From Zygnema circumcarinatum SAG 698-1b (lineage: Eukaryota; Plantae; Zygnematophyceae), in NCBI GenBank assembly GCA_037447605.1, contig CM074822.1, forward strand, positions 1,890,518 to 1,954,517: a stretch of DNA of 64,000 nucleotides. Direction: 5' to 3'. Below the pieces are notes generated by a model, which did no database searches, was not told the origin of the DNA, and saw nothing but the letters and a program-made list of their open reading frames with translations. Positions within the stretch are counted from its first letter, which is position 1; every line of letters begins with the position of its first letter. Below, piece by piece: positions 12,946-25,392 of this stretch. A program made the translations under genes and the position numbers.

Positions 12946-15900
12946 TCACGCCACCTTCTTTGTCCTTTTGCTCCGCTTGACTCTCTTCGCCGCGACCTTT
13001 GGTGTTGCCCCGTTTTCCACGCCAACCTGCACATTGCAGACAATCGGCTCAAACGACTGATACGTAGAACTGCGTGCACCCTCAAATAGCAAAACAAAGC
13101 GTAGATCCCCAAAGACATCGCGCCTCACCAATCTTCTCCTAAACAAGACCTGTTGCAGCAGCATACACTCTGTTCCCGCTGACTCCATAACTATGGCGTG
13201 AGTCAAGGAGTGAAGTCGTTGGCCCATCCTTGTCGTACCCGTGATGTGAGGACAACATCATATGGTACACACAATTCTTCTCTCAAAGGAAGTCTCTCGG
13301 ACACTACTTCGATGGACCAGCCATGAGTGGATTAAGCTTTGGACGAGCCTACACTCGTCCATCTGAAAGGTGAACTGGGTTCTACAGATCTCAACAGTCC
13401 AAGTTCAGTCCAAACAAAGCGGGAAGACGGCCGCACCTTAGAGGGAGCAGACGATGGAACTTCGAGATCGTCATCATCATCTTCGTCGTCGTCGTGGTTT
13501 CCCTCCTCCCCTGAGTGCTCCGCCTCCCCCTGCTGCAGCGCGAGCCTCCCTCTGTCCTCTTCTGCCTTCGCTGCGCCGACTTTAGCGGCCTCTTCTGCCG
13601 CTTGCCTTGCTGACGCTTTCTTTGCAGCTTCTGCCGCTTTCAGAGCTCTAAATCTGATGGGATCACAATAAAAACCAATGCATTCCCATGAGCAGGAGAA
13701 AACCGGAAGTTGGCTACTATTCATAATCCTGAACCTGTTCAAAACAACGACCGGTACATTTCATGTACTCTTCCGGTGATGCCACACACCGAAAAATAAA
13801 GCCAAAGCCCTTTTCCACTACGAATATCTTTTAAGTTCCATGTTTGCCCCCTTTCAAGTATACGAATGGGCAGGGGTATTCCTCCGTCTTACAGAAAGAA
13901 CGAATTATCTTTTTTTCTTTTTTTTTTTTGCGAGTTCTCGCAGGTCCTCCTTGCTCCTACCGCAGACGTTCCTCACTCCGACGAAGTTAGCTCACCAAGA
14001 CACTAATAAACGACATCAGACTCGCCGCTTCGCCACATTAGACGGCGCGTGAAACACAAGAAACACGTCGATCCCCCTAAAGCAGCTGAACGAGCTCTTG
14101 CATGAAAGGTAAATTTCGATTTCCCACCTTTCCCCTCTCGTCCGCTCCACTTCCTTCTCTTCGACTGTGGCAATTGTCGCTGCGCCGGAACGCTTGGCCT
14201 GCCCTGCATCGATGATGCCGCTCCCATCTTTCCCGACGACCGGAGTGGCCCCGCCGTACTGCTTCAAATAGAGCTGCTGAGCTGTACTCAGCACATTGTT
14301 TGTCAACCTGCAGACACCCCCTCGCCACGTTGGAGTTAACAGGGTCTGCGACGAAATAGTGCTCCCAACATATGAGAACCCCCATTCTATGCTGCTTTGT
14401 TGTCTGCAAAGTCACTGAAGGACATGTAATGTGGGTGGTGGCCCCAAGGCAGTACACGAAACCTACATCTCCACAGCCAAGCCAACCACTTCAAAGAAAA
14501 ATAGCTATTCTAACTCGAGCAACAAGAATTCCACACTCTGGTTAGGCGGAAAGTGCAAACCACAGAAAGTTTAACTTCTCTGAGATGCCTGATTAGAACA
14601 GAACAAAACAGATCAGCTTCGGCCCCATACCAGTAAAGTGACAAGCCCGATGGCACCGAAAGGGAGAAATAACCAATCATAAACGGAAGGAATTTCAATA
14701 TAGCCTGTGTCTGTTTCTGTGCAGGGTCCTGCGTAGGTACATCCAACCATCCAAGAGAAGGTGTAATGTTTCAGCATATTGATAAGCATTCAAAAATGTA
14801 ACGACTGACCTTTCGGAATCGAAGATATGGTAGAAAATAGAAGGACATGGATCTCAGATTTTCATGATTGAACCCATGCAATAATGCACATATCTCAGGA
14901 TTGCCTGCGCTTGCATAGCGCCGCCAGAAGCCATTTCTGGTTTTATGATTAGATTTCCGCATCGAGAGCCCACAAGCGAATTACTACATGCTCAACATCC
15001 GGTACCGTTTGGTCCGTATCCTAGGGTTTGTTAACTGCATAAACCTGCAAAAGAGGCAGCTAGTCATGGGGCTTGCAATGTGTTTTCTTCACCAGAGAGA
15101 GCCCGCACTCACAGTGGTGGCCGGCTGCATGAGCTGCATTGAGAAAAACTGCGACGCCACGAGCATGACCGGCAGGACGAGGTATGCCGCCGTGGGTAGC
15201 CACCCGAGAGGAGGGGCACCGTCCTGCCATCCGCAGCATGCGGACCACCACCGACACATCAATGGCGAAGAGTGCTTCAAAGTAGCACATAAATATGTAC
15301 ATCACCTTCTGGGCAAGACGTATGACAGCCTGTTCCAACGCAAAATCTGAATGTCAAAACATCCGCTATTCCCCCAGCTCAAAGTTTCAACACAACCCCT
15401 GAATGGGGAATTATAATATCGGCGCAACACGGACCTGGACAGGTAGCAAAGCTTGGGCAATTCAAAATTGCTCTGGAGGAACGATAACATGCAATTGACC
15501 AAAACAGTTGCACCGTGCCAAAAGGTTCTTGAACAAGGGAGGTGCCACGTCCTGGCGAGTGTCTCTTAGCAGTGTGACAACAGAGGTTCCAACTTCGGCA
15601 TAAAAATGGTTTCTGACTGTCTGGTCAGCGCAGAAGACCAAAACCTATCTTGTGTTCCTCCTTCAGCAGTGTCTGCTTTCAGCCCTTTACAACTTGGCTA
15701 GTTTCTTTCTGGCAAGAAGTTCAGATATTTTACCACAAATGGAAACAGCCATGTAAGGCCTGTCTGGCCGTTGGAAGGACCCGCCAATGAAGGAATCCAA
15801 AAAAACCCCTCCGTCAAGACACCCTGCAAGTAAAACGATTGTGTAGAGTACTTCATAATCTTGTATCAGACAAATTTAATGCGACAAAGTAAGTAGTCAA

Positions 15901-18817
15901 GCGTAATCGACCACTAGTAGGCCAAGAAAAGCAAAGCGTAAAATCACTGCTTTCTTTTCGATGAAATCTCAGAATGCGCTGCCCGGAATTCATGAACGGA
16001 CCTCATTCGCAACATTGCTTAATGCGCGATACAGGCCAATCCAAACCGGAATGGTTGCCAAGGTAGGAAGGCAGCCTGAAAAAAAAATAAGTGAACATAA
16101 AATGTGCTTGAAAAAGGTGCAAAAAAAGGAAATCAGCAGCGTAAATCACTACGAAAGTTTCCTATCGGAAGCGTCTACCAAATAAGGGTGGCAATAGTGG
16201 CTGCGTCATGTTGCCGTGAGGAGCTGGGTCATGCATGCCACATGTGCTTCACCTGCAAAGTTCCATATGTCCCCAACTCAAGGCCGAAAATGACGTTTCT
16301 CACCTGCTAGAGGATTGACACCAGCTTGCTGATACAGTCTTGCAGTTTCCAGTTGTATCCGTTCCTGAGACCCCACCGCAAAATTTGAACTTCAGCCAAT
16401 ACAAATGCTAACTTCACCTTGAAACCCCCTGACAGCTCCTTCCCCTCCACTTCTCACCGACCTAAAAAAATTCAAAAAAACCTTCATTCTATTCCCATTT
16501 CCATACCGTCACAGCCCAAAAAATGCAATTTCTCCAAACCAAGCTCCTACCTCCACACTTCCCCTACTGTCTCTTTGGTGCTCCTTCCCCATTTCTTCCC
16601 AATTCCTCCTCTCTCTCTCATCAATTTTCTCCCTTCTTACCTCCTCCCCTTTCAAACTACATTCATCATGACAATTTCATCCTACCTAAGAATGCTTAAA
16701 ATGCTATCACACTTATAAGTGCACTGGTCAACTACCTCTACCTTTATCAAGTTTATTGTCATGCGGTTCTGAGGATTGAGAATATGCTCAATATTTCAGC
16801 AACCCCTACTCCCCTTCCCCCACCTCCCTTCTCACACTACCTCCAACCCATACCACCCCCCCCCCCCCCCGCCCACAAGCTTCCTTCTGCATGTGCAGTC
16901 TGTTTCGCTTCCTGTTCTTCACTAGTTCTTTTCTTTCTCACGTTTAGATTCCACTGCCTACACCTTCCCTCCCGTCTACCCCACTATCTCCGTCCCCTTC
17001 TCTTTCTCCTCCTCAAGCACCTGTCTCCTTCACTTGTCCCTCACCTTTCTTCTTTCTCCTCCCTTCCTTCTTACTTTCTCACTTTTTCCTTTCTCCATTT
17101 CCTTACTCCTTTTTCCGGCCCATGCCCTACCTTCAATTCTTCTCTCCAAACTTTACAATATTTCCTTCATCTTTTCCATTATCTCATTTTCCAATCCTTC
17201 TAGTCCCGTTCATAGTGTCTTTATGTACCAGGTGTTATTCTTCTTTTTTCCATGCTTCCTTCCTCCAATAGCTTCCAAGTTTATCTGGTTGCGAAGCCCA
17301 TCCCAGTAGAAAATAAAATCCACACCTGGTCGCCCTGGTACTTTGTTTGAATAGCTTTGATTTTCGGTTGAAGGTTCTGCATAGCCATCGTAGATTCCAC
17401 CTGGAACAGACGCCCTAGATTTACAGGTCAGCCCGGCGATGCCCCCAGCTTCAACTAGCAATCAGTTTGTTCCTTTCAACTTAACTCTGCGGTGTAACAA
17501 ATGCTCCCGTAAAATATTTTTCTGAGAGTCCGAAAAAAATGGTTTTTATGAATTTTAAAGAGCGGATTATGCCAGTCTTATTAATTTTCAAACAATGAAA
17601 TCTAGCGGCTCGCCATTATGCTGGCAGAGAAGGAGTAAAACTAGCGCCTTGAATAAGGAGAACGCCCTGAAACTAGCTACATCAGTTGAAGTTGGAAACA
17701 CCTTCTGCTCCAGACTCGAGACGGATGGTCAGGCAGGGCAAACGAAGGGGGGAACCTAAACCTGCTGCTTCGTCAGCGGATATGTGGCGGCTTTGACGAG
17801 GAGCGTGAGGAGGATGATGGAGAAGCCGTAGGCGTAGGGCACGTGCACGTTAGCCAAGCCGTTCTCCAAAAGCTGAAGCCAAGCCGCCCGTCTCCCTCGT
17901 CAATCACACTTTGTGGAATCCAACAAGAAGCAGGGCAAGAACAAGAAGCAGTTGTGGTTGAGCAACAACACCTGTCAAGAAACACACTGACGTAAAGGAC
18001 TCCGAGACCAAGACAAATTAACTAACTAGCGCGGTGCATTAGTTGCGAGCAAGATAATGCAATTGCGCATAAATTTCTTCGCGGTTGCACTGTATGGCAG
18101 AGGAGAGGCACACAAGGAAGGGCCAGCTCCTCTTCAAAACAACAACCTGAAGGCACTGCGTAAGACGGAGTGGAATGCGCTCAATACATGGAGCCCGTCC
18201 TATGCCTGCTTGCGACGCGGAGGGACTCGAGAAGTGAAGCGGACAAAGCTGGGCAAAGGCTTACATCCTCCGTGCGGGACGACCGCACGGGAACAAAAGG
18301 ACAGGACACAACGGCATTCATGGCGTGCAAGCGTCGTAAAACCTACAACGTTCTCGCAAGCTGTTGACCACAGGGAGACTCTTGCCTTTAAGATAGATTC
18401 AAGCACGTCTGCAAGGCCTGTGAGCCAATCCTGCTGCTTGACAAAGGTGGAGGCAGTCTCGGCAGCCGTCGATGCTGCGTCCACTGCTGACGATGCAGCG
18501 TCGGCAGCGCTGGACGTGACAGCTTGAATCGCGACATCATTTGCCGCATCAGCGATGCTGTAGACGGCATTTTGGCCGAACGCGACGGCCTCCTTGGCAG
18601 TCTCAACAAGGGAAAACGCATCCAAGGAAGCCTTTGCGGCGAAGGCCTGTACTCGGCGCTCATGAATTTGCCAGCTGTGCGCTCCGCCTAGTGTTCTACC
18701 GCCAAGAGAGCTCCTGAGCCGTTCCTTCGCAGGTGGCGAGGCCCGGCCGTACGGCGCGGAGGGCGGGCAGAGCGCGCAGCAGGGCCGCGCGGCGGTGAGC
18801 AGCAGAGCGCCCTCCAT
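12946..18817 (-). CDS. ALB3: Thylakoid membrane insertase ALBINO3 (YidC/Oxa1 family)
   Basis: Transit peptide, then LLENGLANVHVPYAYGFSIILLTLLVKAATYPLTKQQ|VESTMAMQNLQPKIKAIQTKYQGDQ|ERIQLETARLYQQAGVNPLAG|CLPTLATIPVWIGLYRALSNVANE, FLPFMIGYFSLSVPSGLSLYW, TNNVLSTAQQ, and basic tail KRVKRSKRTKKVA*. Confidence 0.95.
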
Positions 18818-19039
18818 GGCGCCCGCGGGGGAGGGAGGGAGGGAGGGAGGGAGGCAGGGAGGGAGGGGGGGGGGGGGNNNNNNNNNNGGGGGGGGGGGGA
18901 GGGCAGCGGAGGGCGGGCGGGCGGGGAGGGAGAGAGAGAGAAAGGGGGGAAGGGAGGGAGGGAGGGGAGGGCTCAGCCTCAGCGCCGCGCGCCGACGTGG
19001 CGCCCTCCCAGGCCGCCCCCGCATGGGCGGGCACTTTTC

Positions 19040-19490
19040 GCCCTCCTAGCACGCCACGATACAGCACGATAGGGTACGATATTTTATGATACACGATACG
19101 AAACAACCCATGAAGATATTCAGCGATACGAAATGACACGATGCGGTCGGTGTTCAGTGCGACACAAGACGACGCGGTGCTTTATGAAGAGTACGATACG
19201 ATACGGGCCGCCTCATGGCACAACTAAAAGCATACCTCGATACCTTAATACCAAGTAATTTCAGAAGGGATGTGGCATTGATCTCGCGCATGGCGATGAT
19301 GCCATCACATGGACATGGACAAAATCAGCACGGGGAACCACGAGAAACTGGTCGGCAAAGACCTACGGACAACAGAAACAAGCTAAGGAGCGCAAAGCTA
19401 CGCCTAGGCTCAACACCGCCTCAAGCCCTCCCTCCCTCGAAGCCGCCGCGAAGGTCGCCGATCGATCGATGTGCGGCACATCGCAGTGAT
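19040..19490 (+). repeat. Dispersed repeat family A copy preceded by a (CGATA)n tract
   Basis: 19263-19490 matches the reverse complement of 54965-55175 over ~200 bp and part of 41475-41660. Confidence 0.8.
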
Positions 19491-20036
19491 TTATCGTATT
19501 ACAAATTCTAAGTATCGCACACCAACCCCTGCCTTCTGTCTTCCCACACTGCCCCCCCCGGCTACCCTTGATGGCCCTCACGACGAGCCCTCACACGATC
19601 AGACGGCTGCAATGGCCGTAGCTGCACTTTTTGTAACAGTGATCGCCAACGTTTTGTACGAGCATATCATGCCTGATAGTCCCCAATTCTCCCTTACATA
19701 CATATTCAAGGGACGGCCAAGCATATACTTATATGATCTAAGGAACTTCGTACACGGAAATTTGTAAATGCGATGGGCTATATATGTCGCATGTCTCTGG
19801 ATTTAAGGGAATCCATAGACGGGTCCTTTATGTCCCACAAAAATTATTGACCGTCTGCGCCTGCGCCTTGGTTGGCTTTAGTCACCGCCTCGTGCAATGG
19901 TTAGCCACGAAGCTTCGTAGTCGAGGCAAATACCCTGAAAACCCTGCGGGAGGTTGACGGGGCGTTCTACAGCGTAGAGCGGCATGGGGCCGTACAAGCG
20001 GCATGATGGCAAGGGTTGTGTGGGTGTTGCGGCGTT

Positions 20037-20131
20037 GGGCCTGCAGGGTTTTCGGGACGGGCAGCCCCGGGCCTGCAGGGTTTTCGGGACGGGCAGCCCC
20101 GGGCCTGCAGGGTTTTCGGGACGGGCAGCCC
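20037..20131 (+). repeat. 3 x 32-bp tandem repeat
   Basis: Unit GGGCCTGCAGGGTTTTCGGGACGGGCAGCCCC; the third copy lacks the final C. Confidence 0.95.
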
Positions 20132-20353
20132 TCGCCCAGCGCGCGGGGAGAAGGGGAGGGAGGGAGGGAGGGAGGGAGGGAGGGAGGGAGGGAGGGAGGG
20201 ACGGAGGGAAGGAGGGAAGGAGGGAAGGAGGGGGCCCGCGAGCTGCAGGGCGCTGCGCTTGAGAGGGGGGATAGGCCGACTGTGGGGGAGGGAGGGAGGG
20301 AGGGAGGGAGGGAGGGACGACGGGAGGGCGGGCAGGTGCAAGCTGTGCTTTAA

Positions 20354-21895
20354 ATGAAGGGGGCGCCTGGCGGGTCGTGGCGAGACTTCGGGCAGATTGC
20401 GGGCGGCAGTGCTCTGCGCTCGGCAGCGTGGGCTCGTCTCGTGGAGGCGCCGCTTACAGGCGCGCCCCTGGGAGTGTGCAGGGCGGCTGGTATCGCCTCC
20501 TCCGTCGATATGTTTCTTAACGCGCTCGCAGCCAAATCCTCTGCCAACTGCGGCGCCTCTCTCGACGGCCCCTTTGGACAGCGGAAAATTCTTGACGGCG
20601 GGAATGCTGCCGCCTCCAGCTATGGAGGAGCCGACTGCTATCGGAGGGCTGCCCTAGACTTCGTCACGGAACTAGCAGGCCCGCGCGCGGTGCCTCCCTC
20701 GACGGAAAAAGTGCACTGCCCGGACTCGTTCGTTTGCGCTGAGGAGCTGCCCGTCCCAATGTTCGCTGTGGACAGGCGCGCCTCTTCACCCCTCTTCTCT
20801 CTATTGTGCCGCTCCAGGCTCATCCTAACGATAGCTTACTGTCTGTCTTTGAGGGTGGTGAAATTGGGGCACGTTTCCGTCGCTCGCGCGTGCGTTTCTT
20901 CATTTGTACAGAGTTGGAAAATGCTTTGTGTGTAAACTGGTTCTCTATTCTTTGGAACGGAACTATGTCGCCGCAAATAAATGCAACAGCGGCCAAGGGT
21001 CTTGCCGTCGAACTGTGGTTACCGTGTCTGAATTGGTCTACATGCTGCTTGAATGTGCCAATGACCTTCCGTGCTTTCAAGAATTAACTTTCTGCAATGC
21101 GGCCTTCTCCAGAGATATGCACTGCACGGTGTGGAATCGGCGGCTATCGGAGCTCAGCGGGTGGACTGAAGGGGAAGTGATGGTCACTCAAAAATTCGTC
21201 GCGTGCACTTTTTCTCCTGACAGCGGCAGCCGCTCGCAGAAGTAAGTGCCCTTCTGTGTTACGCCATGCATGCGTGCACTCGTTCTCTGCCCGGCAGACC
21301 TTGCCGCCCTGCTGTGGCGGCCCACTCACAGTTGCCTGCTTCGAAAACAAAAGTGGCATTCTGTAGGGTTCACAGTATCACGACTGCCGTTTAACTTAAC
21401 TTCCGCCAAGATATCAACGAGTCTTGATGGCTTCATTTTGAAGCCGCTCATGGCATACTCCCATGGTGCTCTGAGGAAACTTCCATTCTCTCAAATCTCC
21501 CCAAGACACGTTCGCATGTGAGAGCAATCGAGATGAGTAGCTTCGCGTGACTGGCTGAGTGACTGCTTGATTGCATTTGACTGCACGTATGCAGGTCTTG
21601 TGAGGACGAGCTGCGTGCCGCCATGTTCGGGCGGGCGGTCGCGGGGGGCGAGTTTGTGCTGCGGACGAAGGGCGGCCGCGCAGTGCGCGTGCTGCTCTGC
21701 GCGAGCCGCCGTACGGACGCACTCGGAGCTGTTAGTGGAGTGCTGTGCGCCGTGCTCAAGCAGAGTGACATCTTTGGAGGCTCAGAATCGGCCACGGTTT
21801 TGCCAAGGGAACAACAGGAGATGTCAGAAGGTGTGTTGACACATCCTAGTTGTATCTTTCGAGTCAGGGAGAATAGGCGGACAAAGAGCGCATGA
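20354..21895 (+). CDS. Small stand-alone PAS-domain protein (phytochrome PAS-A-like); start uncertain (20354 or 20510)
   Basis: Spliced EELPVPMFAVDR|DMHCTVWNRRLSELSGWTEGEVMVTQKFV...QK|SCEDELRAAMFGRAVAGGEFVLRTKGGRAVRVLLCASRRTDALGAVSGVLCAVLKQSD resembles the phytochrome motif ATVPIxAVDxxGxxNGWNxKIAELTGL. Confidence 0.7.
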
Positions 21896-22678
21896 GAGTT
21901 TGACCACTTTTGGTTCTGTCTGTGGTTATTTCGTGTACTGTTGTTGAATGAACAACTAGTGAACGGTCGGGACTGACTACGGCTGCGTCCATGCATTCGT
22001 TGCAAGTCGTTGGTGTAGTGCGTAGGCTCTGTTGAGCGAGTATGCAACCATGGACGATGTGTTGCGGCAGCCGGTGGTTGATTCTCAGTGGCTGGAAGAG
22101 GTAGAGCTGGAGTGTTTGTTGGTCTGCTCGTGATGCACATTGAAGGTGCTCTGCCCTGACCACTTGAGGAAACCACGTTTGATTTTGAATGCCTTCTTTA
22201 TGGTCGTTGGATAAGACTGGACGCGTCTACTCGTTGACATACTATTCTCTAGCAATGGCAGAAGCTTCACGCTGTGGTTCTTCCCTAGTTATACAAAGGA
22301 GTTCGAGGGGCTGTTTCGACGGTAATGGCAGGGTGGTGTTCTGAATTGTAGTCAAGTGCAGACGGTTTCACTCTCTGACTGACTGACTGACTGACTGACT
22401 GACTGAGTGGGGCGTGGCGGACTTGGCTAACAGAGGCGAGCAACACTGGCGACGTGGCAGCAGCTGAGTTCCGCACTCCCAGCCCCCCTTCGCCGGTCCT
22501 GCTGCCGTCGCAGGTCCTGACCGGCTTCTCCCTCGAGGACCCATCGCCATTCGGTCAGTGCCCTCTTCACATGTCACGTACTGTGCTGTGCTGCTTCGCT
22601 CAGGGGAGGACAGGCGGCGCATGGTCCCCTCCCTCTTCTGGGAGAGACACTTGTTGCCCCTGCTGCTTGGTCGCGGCT

Positions 22679-22833
22679 TCTTCTTCTTCTTCTTCTTCTT
22701 CTTCTTCTTCTTCTTCTTCTTCTTCTTCTTCTTNNNNNNNNNNNNNNNNNNNNNNNNNNNNNNNNNNNNNNNNNNNNNNNNNNNNNNNNNNNNNNNNNNN
22801 NNNNNNNNNNNNNNNNNNNNNNNNNNNNNNNNN
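22679..22833. other. (TTC)n microsatellite running into a 100-N scaffold gap (22734-22833)
   Basis: Direct reading. Confidence 0.97.
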
Positions 22834-23160
22834 GGGCCACAAAGAGGCCACAAAGAGGCCACAAGAGGCCTGAGGCCACAAAGAGGCCACAAAGGAGCCA
22901 CAAGAGCCTGGGCCTGAGGCCTGAAGGCCACAAGAGGCCTGAGAGGCCACCAAGAGGCCTGAGGCCGCAAAGAGGTCACAAGAGGCCACAAGGGCCATAA
23001 GGCCATAAGAGGCCACCAAGGCCACAAGGGCCATAAAGGGCCATAAAGGGGCCACAAGAGGCCTGAGGCCTAAAAAGGCCCATAAGGCCTGAGGCTCTGA
23101 AGACCTAGAGGCCTGGGCCACAAAGACCCTGGGAGCCCTGAGGCCACAAGAGGCCCTGAG
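22834..23160. repeat. Degenerate GAGGCCACA(A)/GAGGCCT minisatellite
   Basis: Direct reading. Confidence 0.9.
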
Positions 23161-23194
23161 GGTTGTGTGAGCAAGTTGACTGTGAAACCAACGC

Positions 23195-24228
23195 CTCGTG
23201 CCTGCGTGTCACCGTGCCTGCGTGCCTGCGTGGCTGGTGGCTGGTGGCTCGTGCCTCGTCGTTGGTGCCTTGTGGTTGGTGGCTCATGCCTCGTGCTTCG
23301 TGGATATGGCTCGTGCCTCGTGCCTCATGCCTTGTGCCTCGTGCCTCGTGCCTCGTGGCTCGTGGCTATGGCTCATGGCTCATGGCTCGTGGCTCGTGGC
23401 TCGTGCCTTGTGCCTCGTGTCTTGTGCCTCGTGCCTCGTGGCTGGTGGCTGGTGGCTGGTGGCTCATGCCTCGTGTCTCGTGGCTATGGCTCGTGCCTAT
23501 GGCTCTTGGCTCGTGCCTCGTGTCTCGTGCCTCGTGCCTCGTGGCTGGTGGCTGGTGGCTGGTGGCTCGTGCCTCGTCGTTGGTGCCTTGTGGTTGGTGG
23601 CTCGTGCCTCGTGCCTCGTGGATATGGCTCGTGCTTATGTCTCGTGGCTCGTGCCTCGTGCCTCGTGCCTCGTTCCTCGTGCCTCGTGCCTCGTGCCTTG
23701 TGCTGTGCCTGCACCGTGCCTGCGTGGCTCGTGGCTATAGCTCATGGCTCATAGCTCATGGCTGCGTGGCTTCCGTGGCCCCGCCAGCTGCGTGGCTTTC
23801 GTGCCTGCGTGCCTCATGCCTGTGGCTCGTGAAAACAGTGGCTGCGTGGCTGCGTGGCTCGTGGCTCGTGGCTCGTGGCTCGTGGCTCGTGGCTCGTGGC
23901 TCGTGGCTCGTGGCTCGTGGCTCGTGCCTCGTGGCTCATGGCTCATGGCTCGTGGCTCGTGGCTCGTGCCTCGTGCCTCGTGCCTCGTGCCTCGTTCCTC
24001 ATGCCTCGTGCCTCGTGCCTTGTGCCTCGTGCCTCGTGCCTCGTGGCTCGTGGCTATGGCTCATGGCTCATGGCTGCGTGGCCTGCGTGGCTGCGTGGCC
24101 TGGCTGCGTGGCTCGTGCCTGCGTGCCTCATTAATAAATGGCGCTCGTGGCGTGGCTGCGTGGCTGCGTGGCCTGTGCGTGGCTCGTGGCTCGTGGCTCG
24201 TGGCTCATGGCTCATGGCTCATGGCTCG
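23195..24228. repeat. (GGCTCGT/GCCTCGT/GGCTCAT)n heptamer array, ~1 kb
   Basis: Direct reading; source of the spurious (ARGSWLV)n ORFs. Confidence 0.95.
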
Positions 24229-24237
24229 TTATTAATG

Positions 24238-24620
24238 ACGAAGTAGACGTGTATTTAGCAATTCTGTTGTGGGTGTCACAACTAAAAACGGTCCAAAACT
24301 GCATTGGAAGATCGGGACTGAAAAGTAAAACTAGTTTTGAGCTGGGCACATATAGTAGCGTGTTTCAGGAAAATGTCGGTCGAAAAAAAATAAAAGACAA
24401 GATAGTTAGAAATAACGAAGTAGACATGTATTTAGTAATCCTTTTGTGGTTGTCTCAACTATAAACGGCCCAAACCTGCATTGGATGATCGGGACTGAAA
24501 AATAAAACTAGTTTTAAATAGGGCACATAACGTAGCGTATTTCAGGAAAATATCGCTCGAAAAAGAAAATGACAAAAACGGAATAAATGACAAAGTAAGC
24601 GTGTATTTAGCAGTCCTGTT
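24238..24620. repeat. ~175-177 bp AT-rich tandem repeat, ~2.2 copies
   Basis: Units start at 24238, 24415 and 24590 (ACGAAGTAGAC.TGTATTTAG...GATCGGGACTGAAAA.TAAAACTAGTTTT...). Confidence 0.85.
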
Positions 24621-25392
24621 AGTCTTGTTGTCCTGGTTGCGCAGGAGTAATTCCCTCACAACTGGTGTGTGAGGTGGTTCAACCGGTCGACAGTCGATAC
24701 CGTTGAGTGTGCTCGATTTCACAGGCTGTATCGAATAGGCCGCTTGTTGGACAAGGCTTCGCCCGCACATCACCGCCAGCAGATCACTCACTCCATACAT
24801 TATTATGTGCATCGCAGCCCCTCGACATTAACCCGCGTATGTATGCTGATGGCCTCCAGCTCGCCGCGGTTTCTAGTGTTCAGACCAGTGCAGTTTACCG
24901 CTATAATCAGGGAGCATGCAATGCAGAGGCCACAGCCGGTGAACACTCTCCATGCACACAAGCGACAAAAGCACCAGCCACAAACTGATACTAAAAAGAA
25001 GCACTGTTCTGACCAGTACGAAAAGGCGCAAGCCATAAAAGATGCTTAGAAGATAACGAAACACACGTTTATCCTTGCTTCATATCATCATCCTACCGCC
25101 GTACGAAGTTAAAAAGCAAGCTCTGTCGAAGCCGACGGTCGAAGGCCACAACATGCAGGCACGACACAGGCCGACTGTCCTTACCAATTCCTGTTTGAAG
25201 TTCACAGTATGCGCTGTGGCGAGTTGTGAATGACGGGGTGGTTCTAGTCCATGTCACAGATAGCAGTGCCCGTATGCCACACGCTATACCTACAGGGGGA
25301 CATATAGATTCAATCTTGTGCTCACACTCCCAAGGCTACATCTCAAACGCAGTTCAGTCCCCCACACGACCCTTCGCTGGGAGATTCCCCGT

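Noticed and set aside
17210-17461. ORF with 'FYWDGLRNQ' that looked like a foreign enzyme
   Set aside because: Off-frame reading of the ALB3 exon VESTMAMQNLQPKIKAIQ.
20037-20131. CRISPR-like direct repeats
   Set aside because: Contiguous units with no spacers, eukaryotic context, no cas genes.
23163-24246. Cys/Trp-rich repeat ORFs up to 323 aa
   Set aside because: All frames are open because of the 7-mer satellite.
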